NCBI GenBank assembly: GCA_050084515.1
Contig: CM114271.1
Coordinates: 17,980,001 to 18,044,000, forward strand
Origin: Blasia pusilla
Taxonomy: Eukaryota
Reading direction: 5' to 3'
Length of the DNA: 64,000 bases
The notes under the pieces were generated by a model. That model saw only the letters and a program-made list of their open reading frames with translations, ran no database searches and was not told where the DNA came from. Of the stretch, positions 26,001-40,372 are shown one piece after another; position 1 is the stretch's first letter; each line of letters opens with the position of its first letter. The position numbers and the translations under genes are program-made.

Positions 26001-29000
26001 TAACCATTCAACAACTCCTCAGTGAATTGGGAAGAAAAGGAAACGAGTTTGTTTCATCACCACACTAGCAACCGACCAAGGACACCATGCAAATGTAACA
26101 AGCAAATAACAGCTCCGATCAAATCCTCTACTCCACATTCTCATCCCACTTTAAAGGAAGCATTGGCTCCAATTAAAACAACTACTGGCAAACAAGATAC
26201 CAGAAACACATCAACACACAAGGCCAGCACTCATGAACATACCCATCACATATTGAGGCAAATACCATTGTGAGCTATCAACCAACCTGGACTGCTAAGG
26301 AAAGGCCATTTAAACAAAAGCGGTCCCAAAAGAGCAACAGCAAGTGACATAGCCACCACGGCCTGACTGTACTGCTCCCCAAACTCATCCAACCACCGCT
26401 GCAGTGTGGGCCTGTTCCGTTGGGCCTCTTCTGTCAGTTGCATTATCCTTGCCACTGTGGAATCTTTCCAACTCTTGGTTGCCTGTCCATTGCATGAATT
26501 CAGTCAATAGCTTAAAGACTAAATTTGCTATGTCATCCATAATACTTTGCAAAACCTAACTCAGAAAAGGACTGGTGTGAAAAACCAAGCATTGTGATTG
26601 AAAGCAGTCTAGTGCACTAAACTAAGCAGTCTAGTCACTCTAGCTTAAAGACTACATCTGATACATCATCCACGTCATTTTGGAATACGCAACTCGGAAA
26701 AGGACTGCAGTGAACAACCAAGCATTGTGATTGTAAGAAGCCTAGAGGTCTAAAATGTGACCCCACATAAATTTGACGTTTCACTCTAGCTTACCTTCAC
26801 AATGATCGCACCATCAAGGCTTCTAGCACCTCCTGGAACACTCTCCCCAACCTTTTTCTCGACAGGCTGAGCCTCTCCAGTTAAATGCTCAACAGTAACC
26901 TTGGCTCGACCTTGCCAGACCTCCCCATCAACAGGTACTGTCTGAAGAGTGGTCACACAAAATCAGGTAAAAACTCCTGATAGACGTTTCTGGAACTAAC
27001 CTCTTTATTAGTTCTTCCCAACTTCTGAGAAAGCAATGTCGGAATCCAAATTAACTCTGAGACTACATCCTGAGACCACCAGATTTCATGAAAATCCCAA
27101 CATCCCAGGCAATTTTATCATCAGCAAAATTCTTGGGATCAATAGAGCCACAACCCAACACTTTTTTCTCCTCGATACTTTAATTTCTTAAATGGGTGAG
27201 ATTTGATACCTCTCCTGCTTTCACAAGAAAATATGAACCAATCTCCACACGCTTGACCGGCGTCAACTTGTAGGGCAAAGACGACATTGGCGGAGGTGAA
27301 TCCACGTCAAATGGTTCCAGTACTAGAGCAGATTCGGGATTACTTTCTTTGAGTGCTCTAACATCACCCAATGCCCGTTCGGTGAAGTAATCCTCAGCTG
27401 CACGAATCACCACCATTGAGCAACTTGAAAACTCTCACCACAATCTTGGTATTTACTCCTGTATTCTACCCATGACTCAAGACCACTTCTTGAGTTCCCA
27501 TCCTGAGCAGGTGGATGGAAAACATCAAGAGATTGACAAAGCAACGATATTGCAGAACATGCTGTGGGCAGCTTCGTGATCAAGACCACAGTGGCTACAA
27601 TTTCAACCCAGCACCTCTGCTAGCAGAGAGATAATTGCATAGACGTTCTATCTTGAGCAGGTGGATGGAAAATATCACGAAAGTGACTCAGCAAAAATAG
27701 TGCGGAATGTGATGTGGGCAGCATTTCAAGAGCACGGTGCCTACAAATTCAACCCAGCATCTCTGCAACCAAAGAGATCATTGCCTAAAAGTGTGGGTAC
27801 TCCTATTATCCAAACAAGAATAAACACTTCAACGCTACACATCTTTAGTGCATTTTTCGTCCTATCAATCTCATGACATTGTAAAGTCTCAGAGATGAAA
27901 ACTTACAACCTGTAATTTTTCATCTGCTAGTATTTAAGACAAGGACGGGACGTAGATAGGTGACTTTAGGTGGGAAAAACATCAACTACACTTTCATTTC
28001 CTGGCTGCAACCCTTGAAACAAAACAGTGGAAAGGTGAGCAGGGACGACAGCACATACCTAGATGAGACAAACTGAACATGGCTAAAAGAAGACCTCCTT
28101 CCAATGCATTTCCCATGAAAACAGATGCGAACGCAGCCAATGCCATAAGAACATGGATATTGACTCTGCCACCCGCAACATCAATTGCTGCATCCAACCC
28201 AGCAGGAACCTACAGCCAAATCCACCGCAACTCAGAAGCCGATTCAAAGACACTGGCGTCAAGCTGACTTCGTGGGATTACGTTGAACCTTTCGATAAAG
28301 GAATCACTGCGCAACGGACACGCGACTCACAACGTTCTTCATTATTGACCGTTATTTCGCATCCGACTTATGAATTTCAAAATCTCACCAGAATATTTTT
28401 TGAGGCCTATTTAAAAAATTTTAAAAGACCTCCTGATTGCTAAGCCCCAGTAATTGCCTCGTAAATTCGATTATGCACAATCCAAGACACCTTTTTTCAC
28501 CGGATCGAAGTACAACTAGAAAGCTGTTCTCTAATCTCTGATATGGACTGTGGAAGCTGGAACGTAGAGGGGGGAGAAAAGTCACAATTGAAGCATATGA
28601 ATCACCAAACATTGGCCCTCGGTCACCTGTCGGATTCAGCATCTAGCGATCTGAACCAGGTTCCTGGTAGTCATGCCATCATCGACACTGAGGGCAGGGC
28701 CCTGGAAGAGAAGAGGAAAAGCCAGTCTAGTGTCATCACAGGGAGACTGTTCGCATTAAGTACTGCCTGTCGCAGCCTCTGCCACCATAAACCCCGCATT
28801 CTGGTGGGATGGAGCTAGAAAGTAATCAGATAGAGAGACGGATAGAGCGTGGCATACCCCTGTGAGTGGAAGAGCGGGCAAAACCAATGCAGCTTGCGCC
28901 ACAGGTCCAATTGACGGAGGTAGAATGTGTGGCGCCAACGCCCCCAACAAAAGTAATGCAAGGGATGCGCAGCAGACTTTCAAATTATCGCGCCACCTAT

Positions 29001-29607
29001 TAGCCACCCAGGCCAAGCCAACCACCTGAGCGACCTTCTGTACCAATTTTTGCAATCCATTAAAATTCGCACTGTCGGAATTCCCGTGTGAGTGCCCATG
29101 GCTACAACCGTGTTCATGAGGATGATCCGTCTCGTCTTGGTCTTCATGATCATCTGCATGGTCGTCATGCTCATGCTCATGCTCATGTTCATGCTGGCAA
29201 TGGGAAGAAGAGTGCTCATGCTCGCAATGGGAAGAAGAGTTCCCATTTTTCGACTCGCGCACACGAGTTCTCCTCTTCTTACGCTCACGAGCCCCATCGC
29301 TGTGCGAATTACCGTTCTGAAACCCCGCACGAGCAACTTCACCACTCCTCTCGTCTCGGCGCAAACCTCCACTATCAGCGCGGGCAGAAACGACCCATCG
29401 TCGTCCGGCGAGTGCAGCAGCCCCGATCTCCCCTCCATGGCGTCCAACGACCTGCAACCCATCCCGCAAACGGCCCAACACGAGGCCAGGATCCGGGGGA
29501 TGCAAACCCGAGGGGCTCAATCCATTCCTTATCCCTCTGGATCGCGGCAACGGAAGGCGAGGCGCGATCGCGCCCGGCGCCCGCAGCGCAAGAACGGCGG
29601 GCAACAT
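23039..29607 (-). CDS. HMA1: Chloroplast P1B-4 heavy-metal ATPase, 13 coding exons
   Basis: Exons 29607-28858, 28209-28059, 27397-27210, 26941-26795, 26482-26287, 25838-25726, 25517-25276, 25136-25031, 24796-24638, 24457-24241, 23943-23747, 23599-23513, 23230-23039. Transit-peptide-like N-terminus, His-rich tract, TGE, SPC, DKTGT, HP, TGD, GDGINDAP and HEGG motifs (SPC and HEGG are diagnostic of P1B-4/HMA1). Confidence 0.95.
26508..26745. repeat. Diverged ~133-bp tandem duplication in HMA1 intron 4
   Basis: TAGCTTAAAGACTA at 26508 and 26641; AACTC(A/G)GAAAAGGACTG...ACCAAGCATTGTGATTG occurs twice. Confidence 0.6.
27503..27790. repeat. Diverged ~150-bp tandem duplication in HMA1 intron 2
   Basis: TGAGCAGGTGGATGGAAAA...TGTGGGCAGC...TTCAACCCAGCA occurs at ~27504 and ~27654. 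Confidence 0.65.
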
Positions 29608-30257
29608 GAGAATTGCACTCTGCTCTCCGCCGCGATTCTGAGCCTACGGATCCCCTCCCTCTCTCCCCGCTCCTCCTTCACCAGAGAAGAGAGGCTCGGA
29701 TCGTGCGCATTCTCCTCCCCCTCCCTCTCGCTCTCTCGGACTGCAATCCGTCACCATAGATAGATAGACGGGAGACGAAAACAGTATCTGATCCCACATG
29801 TCATGTGAGCACCCAAGAGCTTCTGTTCCACTGATCCGTCGGGGGTCAGTGAGTGACAGTCGGTAGGGATAGGAAGACCCTACCACTGTTCTCGCGCGGA
29901 GCCGGAGGAGGAGGAGGAGGACATCGCCCTCCTCCATTTGTTGTTATGTACGCGAAGAAAGAATAGTAATAAGCCCCAAATGCATCACAAATGCCCTTGA
30001 AAAATTATGTGGAGTCCTTTCAGATTTCTTGTTGTTTTCTATATTTATATTATTATGGGAGATTGTTTTTTTATTTACAAACACCCCCTTTGATTGATGC
30101 ATGAATTGGACACTAAAAACAGATTTCCCAACATAACATACGGGCAATAAGAAAAAAGTTTGAATTTGTGTGGAGCATCATTTATCGCTGCCCTTTATGG
30201 ATTATATACTAACAAAATCTCATTAAACACTTTATTTCAAGATCGGACACCGTACTA

Positions 30258-30720
30258 GTATAAATTAGAGGGGTTCACACTTGTTCTCTTCGATGTATCA
30301 CGCATATCCTAGAATTATGTCAAGTCCCTTTAGATTTCTTGTTGGGCTACTCCCTTTCTCCATTTGTACTATTATTCGAGGAGCGTCTCTTAAATGTCGA
30401 CAACTTGAGCATTCACCACGTGTCTTTGTAAGCTCATGAATGTATGACACGTGGCATCTATGTCTATCATATAAAATAAATTTCTAATTGCTTTTAGAAA
30501 CTGGACGTTTAGGGTTACAGGGACTGTGCGATGCAAGGTCCCACACGGGTCCTAACTTGTATACATTAAAGGGGTTCACACTAGTTCTCTACTATGTATC
30601 ACGCATAGCCTAAAATTATGTTAAGTCACTTCAGATTTCTTCTTGGGCTGATCTATTTCTCCATCTATATAATTAAAAGAGGATGGGGTTTGTGGAAACC
30701 CTCTTTATGCACGGTTTTGA
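30258..30720. repeat. Duplicated ~115-bp block with Helitron-like short-element ends, upstream of HMA1
   Basis: GGGGTTCACACT..TTCTCT...ATGTATCACGCATA...AGATTTCTT occurs at ~30270 and ~30571. TCTATATAATTAAAAGAGG at 30664 resembles the Helitron-like 5' ends at ~285 and 1043. Confidence 0.45.
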
Positions 30721-33700
30721 TAGGCTGTTTGGATAAGAAGAAATTTGGATGTGGTATATATGTCTACTAATAAGATGCCCATCGCACATGCCATGGAAAA
30801 ATAGGGGATATACTCCCCAAGCTAAACCCCTACAATGTCAATCGTGATGAAATTTGAAATTCAAATTATGATTAGGTACAAATTTTGTGTAAGCATATGG
30901 GGATATGTGACAAACTTGGGTTGCTTAAAAGTTATACATGTCCTTCTCTAGGGTGTTTAGGCGTGAGATGGGTATCTCCGATAATTATACAAATGTAGAT
31001 TCTTGAAATGTTCTTTGGGTAGGAAGAAAATTGGATATCAGATAATTAATAGAGAAATAATGGATTATTATAGGGAATTCATATTTCACTCTACCAAAGT
31101 CAAGTCATACCAAAATCCAATTCCATTACCCTCTACACACAAGTTTGGTGCGTGCATTCGAATCTTCTTTCTTCAATAAGAAACGTTGCCAGTACAACTG
31201 ACCATTCCTCACTTATGCATATCCTCAACTCCCATTGGCACTTGATGATGACTTGCATAAAGGTCTAATGAATCAACAATCTTCCTATGTCTAATGGCAT
31301 CAAAGATCTCCTCAAGAGTGAGCATACCATACTAGTCAACCCTTGTCTTTTAGATGGTAGGCCAGTAATCACCATAGATTTGCATGTCTTTCCACTTTTC
31401 CCTAGCATCCTTCTTGGTTGGTAGAATAATAGTACATGCATACTTCCCAAATGACTCTTCCACCAATCCAGCTTCAGGCATATCATGGGTCCTACTCTAA
31501 ACTAGAGCCATCTCCATATATCAATACCCATAGGTATTCGAGTATGGAGAGAGCTCTACTACAACTGCACTTTTCCTCTTCTATTTTTATTTTTCTTCCA
31601 ATTTATCCAAAAAAATTATATCTCTATTTTCAAAGTTTTCACTAGCCAAGTGTACTAAGATAGAGACTAATCCCAAGGTTTCTTTTGGGTTCATTAGAAG
31701 CACCACGCACCTAGACCTACCTTTAGATGCATCTTCTTGTAGGATTAATATCATGAATCGACCCAAGTTTTGAGTACAAATAGTCACAATATCCTATAAC
31801 ATATGTTATTGAGCATCCACCTAGAGTCAAATGTATAAGATGTTGAACACTCCTATAGGTGCATCACAACACCTCACATAGCACTAGGTTTGTCCATAAC
31901 TTGGGACAATGTGCTTGCAAGCCCATACTCGCAATATCCCTAAACATGATAGGGCCAATCCATGACCTCACCTTGTGCAAAAATATTGGCGATCAACACA
32001 TAGAGAGAAAAAGCAGATTATGGCAAAATAGCCTATTGAAATTGAGTAAGGTACTAAAGAAAATGATTGCCTTGCTCACCATTTTTTCAAGTTTGGAGAC
32101 TTGCAATACACTCCCACCATACTCACTTTAAACTCATAACCTAATCTCATAGCACTCGCAAACTTGATTTGTGAGACGTGAGACCCACACAAATGATCAT
32201 CGTACACCCAATCTCAAACTATGCACTTGCAAACTAACATATGGCTTGCAAATAAGACTCAAATTTTGTTTATGAACTCGCACATGATTGGCAAAAGACT
32301 TACAATGTAGGTTCAAGTTGTAGAGAGGTTCATCTCAACCTTATTTTGATGAGGTTGAGATGTAGCTCAGTACAAAAGCCTTTCAACCTAGAGCATGTTT
32401 TTTAGATTAAGGGGTACTTTACACAACATATCAATGAGTCGATAGCACACATGGCAAGTGGAGGCATGCCTAGTACCTCCTTCTTATTGGAGAGATGTCG
32501 TGTTCCACCAAAGATCCCACGTACCATATGGTTTGGAGTGGTTCCATTTGACGCCTATCCAAGGAAGGATTTCAAGTGATTGCATGTACAAAATGATCAC
32601 TTTTCACATTCAATCTTAATCATTGAGTGATAATTATTTCATGGAAGCTTGTGGTGTTGATATATTGTTGACAGTACTACAGAGCAACAGGCATGGGTTT
32701 TGGCGATGTTGAGACCCCAAAAAATATGATGTGGCAAGTTGGAGGTCCATCTTGAAATAGTAGTTAGCACCCATTGGCAATAAGAGAGAGTGGATAGACA
32801 ATGAGCAGAAGAGTTGTGGAAATCTTTGACAATACTAAAGGGAAGACACTCCTTTGGACATGGTGGAGCATAGGCATATTCACAAGCCATTGACATGCCT
32901 TTGTATGATGTGTTCCTATTGTTGTGATGGTTTATGTGTTATCTATTGTCCTATTTTATGTTTGTGTATATGTGACAATGATATATTTTGTTTAGCGACG
33001 TGTAAATAATTTTTTTCCATGTAGGCGCATCTCTAGTCAACTCAGTCCATATGCGCAAAGTAGGATGCATGGAATATGAGGGGCAACAAGAGTGGTGTCC
33101 ATGTCTAGACCACTATCCTACAGTAAAAAAATCAACAATTTTGAAGCTAAGAAATAGCATGAAAGATAGCACTAACTTACAAAAGAGCACTAAATTACGA
33201 GAAGCTCATGGGAGTTTTGAAAGTTTTAGGTTGATTACAAAGTCTCCTCTACAATGATCATAAAGGACATTGGAAAGAAGTTTTTCTTGGTTAAAACTCC
33301 TCTATAATATGTGCTTGAAAGCTGTTACTGCTTTGTCCACACTGAACCAAAAGCTTGAGCAAGACAATGTAATCAGGGCAGTAAAAAAAATGCCCATGAG
33401 TTGTAAAGCAAGCGAAGTTGCAAAAGAGAGTGGACAATTGAAGGTTGTATCCAGAGCAGTGGACACATGAGAGATGGATGCTCAAGAGACGGAGAAATAG
33501 TATGTAAAAAAGGAAACAAAAATAGGAAGAAAGCTCAAGAAAGAAGCAACTAATCAAGCAAAGAAAAAGAAGAAGAAAAGACTCGAGTAAACTAGTATCC
33601 GTAGCTTCCCTGAGCATAAGGTAGAGATGGAAATAGAATAGTAAGATACAGAATGTGAAATAGTATGGAGGACGCGTATACTATGCAACAAGTAGGATCA

Positions 33701-34935
33701 AAACCCAATTGATCATACATTGATGGTGAATAGCCACGACGAAGAGCAAAAAGAATAGCAATTCTTGGGCCATTACATGCCTCATAGAAAATTGTGCACG
33801 GGGCTTCACAAACCCTTCAATAGACACTTTGCACGTAGCAAGCTATGCACGGTGAGTACGCGGTAGAAAATCAAGCAAGCTGCAAGCAAGTATGGCGGCC
33901 TACACACGAGCATTGCAATGGTATGAATAATCAAACTAAATGGGCACATGTGACTTGAACAAAGTGGCCTAGCATGAGTGCCTTCAATTCATGCTGCCAC
34001 CTCTTGCAATAAAGACAAGCAACTTCAATATTTGCCTTCAATGAATGCTCTTAAGGTGGGATTGCCTTGAATAGGTGTGTGGAGTTTAGATCAAACTTAT
34101 ATGTTGGGGCGTAATGAATGTTAGAGGGAGAACAAGATAGGTTAGAAATTTCACCTAAAGGACTCACATCAAACGATGCTAAAACTTACATGTGTATGGC
34201 TCTGACACCTAGACAACTCCAACGAGCACCCAAAAAAAAAGGAGATAGAGGCACCTTGAAGAGGGAATTTTAACAAACCCTACATGTAGAGGCCGCAAAG
34301 ATTGGTGTATTTCCCAACCAATTTTCATTGTGTGGCCTCTTGATGTGATGATGTATATGTTGATGTGATGTTTAATATGTTAAGCTAGGTACTAGATTTT
34401 CTGTGTGTGTGTATGTGACAACGATGAAAACTATGTCGCAATATATATATGTGTGTGTATAAACTGATACCAAACAAAATACTCTCTTATTTTTCTCCAA
34501 TACAATAACACCATGGGTGGTTATTGCTCTCTTGATCACCAACCTAGCTGGAAACTCCACCATTCTAGCTAATTCGATCAACAATATGATACTTGGCTTC
34601 ATAAAAAATGATGGCTCCATTAGACTCTCTATGCTAAGAGTTACCACCTACATGTCACCTACCTTGGCACATGAGGAAACAACACCACCACTCTCACATA
34701 AGGTGACCGCGAATCGAAACATTTTGCATGGTTACACTTCCAACAACACCAAATCCATGGCATAAAATAAAGATGCTCTACAAACTGCTATTGCCCCAAT
34801 ATTGTACGTAACCCAAGCTTCTAATGAGCCCAAAACTTCAAGATAGATGAGAACAAGTGCAATATGCATAGCTTATAGCGTGTATCATGGGCATGTAAGA
34901 TTGCAAGATAGGTAGCAGTTAAAATTTTAGAACAT

Positions 34936-37719
34936 TGTGGTGCGCATACATATTGCTACACAACATACATCGTTGGTCACATCTACACCACACAACACCG
35001 ATCTTCCCTACACATTGGTAGATCCACACATGTACAGAAATCAACTCATACACATACATGGAGATCACACAACCGCCCCCCTACCTGGCGGTTGGATCCC
35101 CCTTAACTCCAGATAGAAAATATCACATCTCTCTGATATGACCTACTACCCTATACACATCTCGGACATATCCATCATCCCGTGGGAACTACATCAAGAG
35201 GGGGGGTCAAACATGACATATGTCACCGTCAAGAACAACCATCAGATACCAACATGGTGAGTGCACCCCTCGCAGATCCGCACAACATACACCTCAAGTG
35301 TGCAGGTACCACTGCCAAGCTCGGATCCACTATCCCGTCCACGTTCGGAAGATGACATGACGCACAATTGCGCACATGATCCTTCCAAACCATACCATCC
35401 CATCCTTCCAACATGAGGACTAAGGTCGGTAATACCTGGTGCACACGTAGGATCGTGCGCCATGTAGTGACATCTAGCGTCAAGGGTGCCGCCTGCTGTA
35501 AATACACATAATCTTCAAGCTGAAACCTCATAATCTGTGGACGATAACCTCCTCTACAAATGGTCGCGTACTTCAATGTATCTCTATGTTGAGCAATAGC
35601 TAAGTTCTCAAAGGCCATATGCATAACTCTACGAAAAATATCCGTCATCTGCGAACACGCTTGTACCCACACATCTGGATCATCAAGATCTAACACCTCC
35701 GCCATGTCATATCGAATAGCTGTAGGTAAATTTGGCTCTCTCCTAAAGAGCAAAAAATATGGTGAAAATGATGCCAAGGATGCATGCCGACTAAAGCGAT
35801 AACCCATAACCAACCATGGCAACTGTAGGTCCCACTCCCTCAACTGTCCCCGCTGCAAGCCATAGTTGCGCGATCCTCTCTTCAGCGTCTGTACTACTCT
35901 CTCCGCCAACCCATCCGCCTCAAGATGATCTCTGGACGTGGTGCAGTGATCTATCAGCGCTTGATCACATAAGGCCTGAAACTCTCCCCTAAACTCGGAA
36001 CCCTATTCAGTCAACACCTCTTCCGGTACACCAAAGTGACTAAGCACATGATCTAGAAACGCATAAGTTGTTCCCTTGCTTGCCTTGTCCGTTAGTGCCA
36101 CCAACTCTATCCACTTGGACAAATGCTCCACCATGACCAACACATACCTGTGATGACGCCCCGTCAATGGAAAAGGTCCCGCAAAGTCTAAACTCCACCG
36201 ATAACCTAAACCCATAATCGGAAAAGGATGTAACTGCGGAGTGGGAGCATTGAAGGATGCTCGCACTCTATCACATACTATACATCTGGCCACAAACTGT
36301 TGTACCGAGTATGCATGCCGCGCCACCAACATTGAACCTGGAGTAAGTTGAAAGTACGCTTTACTCCAAAATGCCCCAACTCCTCATGGGCATGTTGCAC
36401 TACACATGCTCGTTGGGAAGGATGAGGTACCACTCGTATCCTACCATCTCCTCATACCCGAAAAATATGAGTCCCCTCCCACATGAACCTCTTGGCTCTC
36501 TTTAGGATCCGATCCCGCTCCCTAGCACTCACAGTGCTCGCTATGACGCTAGTGCGTAAGAACTCCACAACCTCTACCTCGTCATGGATATCACGACCAA
36601 CTGTCACCCCCGCACTGACCTCCGGATCCAAAGACTCATCATCCAACCCCATCACTGGAGTCGTCACCTACGATTGACCTACCATAGTCAACCAACAAAG
36701 ATAGGCAGATGCATGCCAACCGGGCACCATCTCCTCATCACTCTCTCCGTGCCATCAAGCTCGTGTGTCGTCTCTCTGACTCGGACATGGATTACGACTC
36801 AACCCATCCGCACACTGGTTCAACCAACTTGGCCTATGAACCACCTTAAACTCATACTCCTATAGTAATAGAGCCCATGTGGCAAGCTTTCCAGTAAGCT
36901 TGTCGGACTCCATCAACCACCTCAACGGCTGATGACTAGTGGTAAGTGTGAAAGGGTTGCCGAATAAATAGCACCTGAAATGTGCCATAGCCCACACTAT
37001 AGCCAAGCACTCTCCCTTGTAAGAGCTTTACTTTTCCTCTACAATGTTGTTCGATCGGCTCGCGTAAGCCACAACAAACTCCCTCTCCTCCTCATCCCTC
37101 TGAGTAAGCACAACACCTAGACCCAACATGCTCCAATCTGTATGTAACTGGAATGGGCAACCCCTAACCGGTCTCTGTAAAATGGGTGAGGACATCAACT
37201 TGTCCTTGAGCTCTTGAAATGCTTGCTCTTGATCATCTTTCCGCAACCAAACCTGATCAAGTCTCGTTAACAAGGTCAAAGACTTTGCGATTGTACTAAA
37301 ACCCTTGACATACAGTCGATAGAAGTTGGCCAGTCCTAAAAATGCTCGGACTCAACTCACATCTGTAGGGCGTGGAATCTACGCAATAGCCTCCACCTTT
37401 GTCTACTGAACGCCTAACCCACTCATGTATATGGTGTGTCCCAAGTACTCAATCTGCTCCTCAAAGAATCTGCACTTTCCTGGATGTAACTTCACTCCAT
37501 GTAACTGCAATCGCCCAAAACACCTCCTCCATGTGTCGCTCATGCTCCTCAAGTGTGGAACTAAAGATAAGAATATCATCTATATAACATCGTACAAAAT
37601 CCAAGCAAGCCAGAGTCCTATCCATCACTCTCTGAAACTCCGCAGGCTTGTTCTTCAACCCAAATGGTAAGAACCGCCATTGATACAAGCGAGGATACAA
37701 GCAATCTCTCCCAAACCGA
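34936..37719 (-). mobile_element. Host element H, 3' half: degenerate RT (part) - RNase H - integrase - PHD, PPT and terminal segment X
   Basis: FGLKNKPAEFQR/YIDD (37461-37719), HTDWS..VVAYASR (37028-37279), WSLDFAGP and AERVVQT integrase (35229-36670). PPT GGGGGGCGGT at ~35072-35083; X 34936-35071. Stops and frameshifts present. Confidence 0.9.
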
Positions 37720-40157
37720 TGTCGTATAGTAAAATCAACCAGTGTGTAAACTCCTTCGTCATTAAGTGTTAGATAGAATTTCATTAGTATTAAGTAAATT
37801 GGCTTAGAAAAAGGAGATTCTTATGTTTAAACCTCTTTATGGTGCCTCTTTTATGCGGGCCCAACTTTAGGAAAAGCAGGTAATAAATAAAAGATGACTT
37901 TATAAAAGTAAAGTAGTTGCTTTAAGGAAAAACAAAAGTAGTCTTAGTTGGTGGCTAGGTTAGTTGGGGTAATTTGGAAAATATCATGTGGATAAAAGAG
38001 GATATTTTGGAAGAGATAAGAGGAAATCTACTTGTGTCAAAATGTGATTGGCTAAGCCTTGAGAGGAAGCCATGTGGCACAAGATAAGATAAGCTCTATT
38101 TCGTACTCTTGTGGATCCCTTGTGAGTATATAAAGAGGAGGGACCTTCAAGGGTTCATCACCTTCTATTCCACATCTTGAGTCTCTTGTGTCTCTCTTGA
38201 GTGTATGGCTTTGGGATTGCTTGCTCTTCCAATGAGAGTGGATCACCCCTCTTGGGAGAGTAACTTGATCATGGTCTATTCTTCGAGAGGTTTCTAGAGT
38301 GTGGTGTGTGTGTGTGGGGGGGATGAGAGGTTTGTCACCGAGAGGAGTTTAGTCATACTAAAATAGCGGATGTTTTGGCTTGTTACTTTCCCAATGAGAG
38401 TGGATTATCCCTCTTGGGAGAATAACTCCGCCAAAACCCATTCTTGAGGAGTGTAGAGAATGTCATCAAGCATGGATAGGGGTGGAGCACGAGTCAGTGT
38501 GCCGACTTTCCTTTCCTCAATCCTTACCATGTCAAGGTACTCTTTGTAGATAGGCACCTTTGGTTCACTCGCTATTTAGTTTATCACTTTGGGGGCGTTC
38601 ATGAACCAGGTCATGCAATCTCCAACTCCGGTGATTCTTCCTATCGTCACATATGGAAGGACATGGGATTGTACTTTGTATGTCCTTATATAGCGATCCA
38701 TGGATGTCAATAGGCCTGGTCAAGTAGGGTTTAACACTAGTTGTGCTATCTTCCTCGTGTACAAACGTAAAATAATTTATAGGGATTTTATAGTTAGGAA
38801 TTTCGGGGTCCGATGTTACGAAGAAGTGATCGCCTCGACACTTCCATTTGTGATACCTATCGTGAGAGAATGGAGAGTGTACATCATAATTTTGTATTGA
38901 AAAAGGAGAACTTATTAGAGAGTTCACCTTGCATCGACCGCATCTACCGCAGCTAGAAGGCCCGCCCTTGCTCGAAGAAAGATTCTCGACACGATAAATG
39001 GTGCTTCCACTGAGAGCTCTTTGAGGCGGTAGTTTGTGTTTGCAAGTTGGAGTCTTATCAAGATGACTACTTTTGGGAGTACTTCATCAATGGGAACTGA
39101 GGGAGCTGAGGATCTTCTCCGAACTTTGACAACATTGTTGAGCCAACAAGGAGGAGTTCACATCGGAGAGCAAAGATTAACAAGGGCTCTCCAAGCGATT
39201 GTGAAGAAGTTGGGGAGATTTGATGGTAGGAACATCACCAAGTATGTTCGAGAGTACGTCTGTGAGATGGAGGTAAATCGTGTACCCGAAGGTGATATGG
39301 TGTCAAGTTTTGAGTTAGCTGTAATACCAGAGATCCGTAGTCAAGTAAAGAAGTTGAGAGCAGAAAATCCAACCTCATGGGAGGAGTACGAGCGATTCTT
39401 TGAAAGGAGAATTCTTCGATGATGATGTGGATCGGGTGACTAAGAGGAGTTTTCTAGAATGGATAGAGCAACGTCCAGGACGTTGCTCTATCCATGACTC
39501 CAAATGAGTTGTTGCGTGAGTTTGAGAAGCGGTTTTTTCAGCTTTCTCCTTCTGAAAGGGCAACTCTAGACTTGAGGAAAACCGAGTTATTCCTTGAGGC
39601 GGCAGATGAGAATTTGGAGGACAAGCTTTTCATAATGTTGGCGGACAAGAATGAAGAAGGAGGTGTCACCACTAATTGGAAGAAAGTGGAAGAAGCTGTT
39701 GCTATCCTCACAAAGCAAAGTCGAAGTAGAGGTAGAACCACAAAGATTCAAGTCGGAGGTACCAATTTCAAATCCATTGCCTAAGCCCATGCCCAAAGCT
39801 TGAAGATTCTACCATTGATGAGTTGGTGAAAGGTTTGAGAGAGTTGAGAGTAGAAATGGCTGAGCTTAAACTTGATAGGAATCCTAGTGTTGGTGCTCCT
39901 TCAACAAGTAAGAACTTTGTGAGAAGATGTATATGGTGTGATAGTGTTGAGCATCAACGTCGAGAATGTGAGGAATTTTCAGAAGCTCTTAGAAATGGAA
40001 TAGTAAACTTCAAAGATGGGAAGATTCATTCGTGCAGATGGTATGCCGTTGAATACCAACTTTGGTAGAGGAGGTATGAAAGGATTAGTGAGAAGTCAAG
40101 TAGGAGTTGCCACTACGACATTAGATTCTGACACCTTTGCAGTAAAAATTGAAGCGC
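37720..40157 (+). mobile_element. Element B: 5' LTR, PBS and gag of a different Ty3/gypsy lineage, inserted into H's RT and truncated
   Basis: LTR 37720-38991 (TGTCG...CGACA, TATATAAA at ~38127). PBS-like TGGTGCTTCCACTGAGAG at ~38999 resembles the complement of a plant tRNA-Thr 3' end (from memory). Frameshifted gag 39062-40150 with GRFDGRNITKY and the knuckle CIWCDSVEHQRREC. Confidence 0.8.
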
Positions 40158-40372
40158 CAATATGGCTCCAAATGAGCCGAAACGAAGGGGAAACCTGCTC
40201 TCTCAAGTTTCTCGGGGCCTCAACAAGTCATCCTCAACCTACTGAGCGTGTCCTCCACTACTCACAAAGGTGCTCTACGTGATCTCATCGATCGATCCTA
40301 AAAGATGTGACATCTTGGATAAAATCATCTAAGTCAATGGTGCCCATTGCACCCGAGAAACGATGCATGCCT
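40158..40372 (-). other. Displaced copy of the D/H insertion junction (155 bp of Y terminus, TSD, ~60 bp of H gag)
   Basis: 40158-40312 matches 52459-52612. It is followed by TCTTGGATAAAATCATCTAAGTC..., the gag sequence that continues from ...GAACTCCT at 51972 (compare the intact copy at 48470-48540). Confidence 0.8.

Noticed and set aside
29088-29763. Plus-strand ORFs with (ML)n or (HA)n repeats
   Set aside because: Antisense and alternative-frame readings of the HMA1 His-rich exon.
31100-34900. Short ORFs in the AT-rich region upstream of HMA1
   Set aside because: Probably decayed transposon sequence, but no motif could be recognised.
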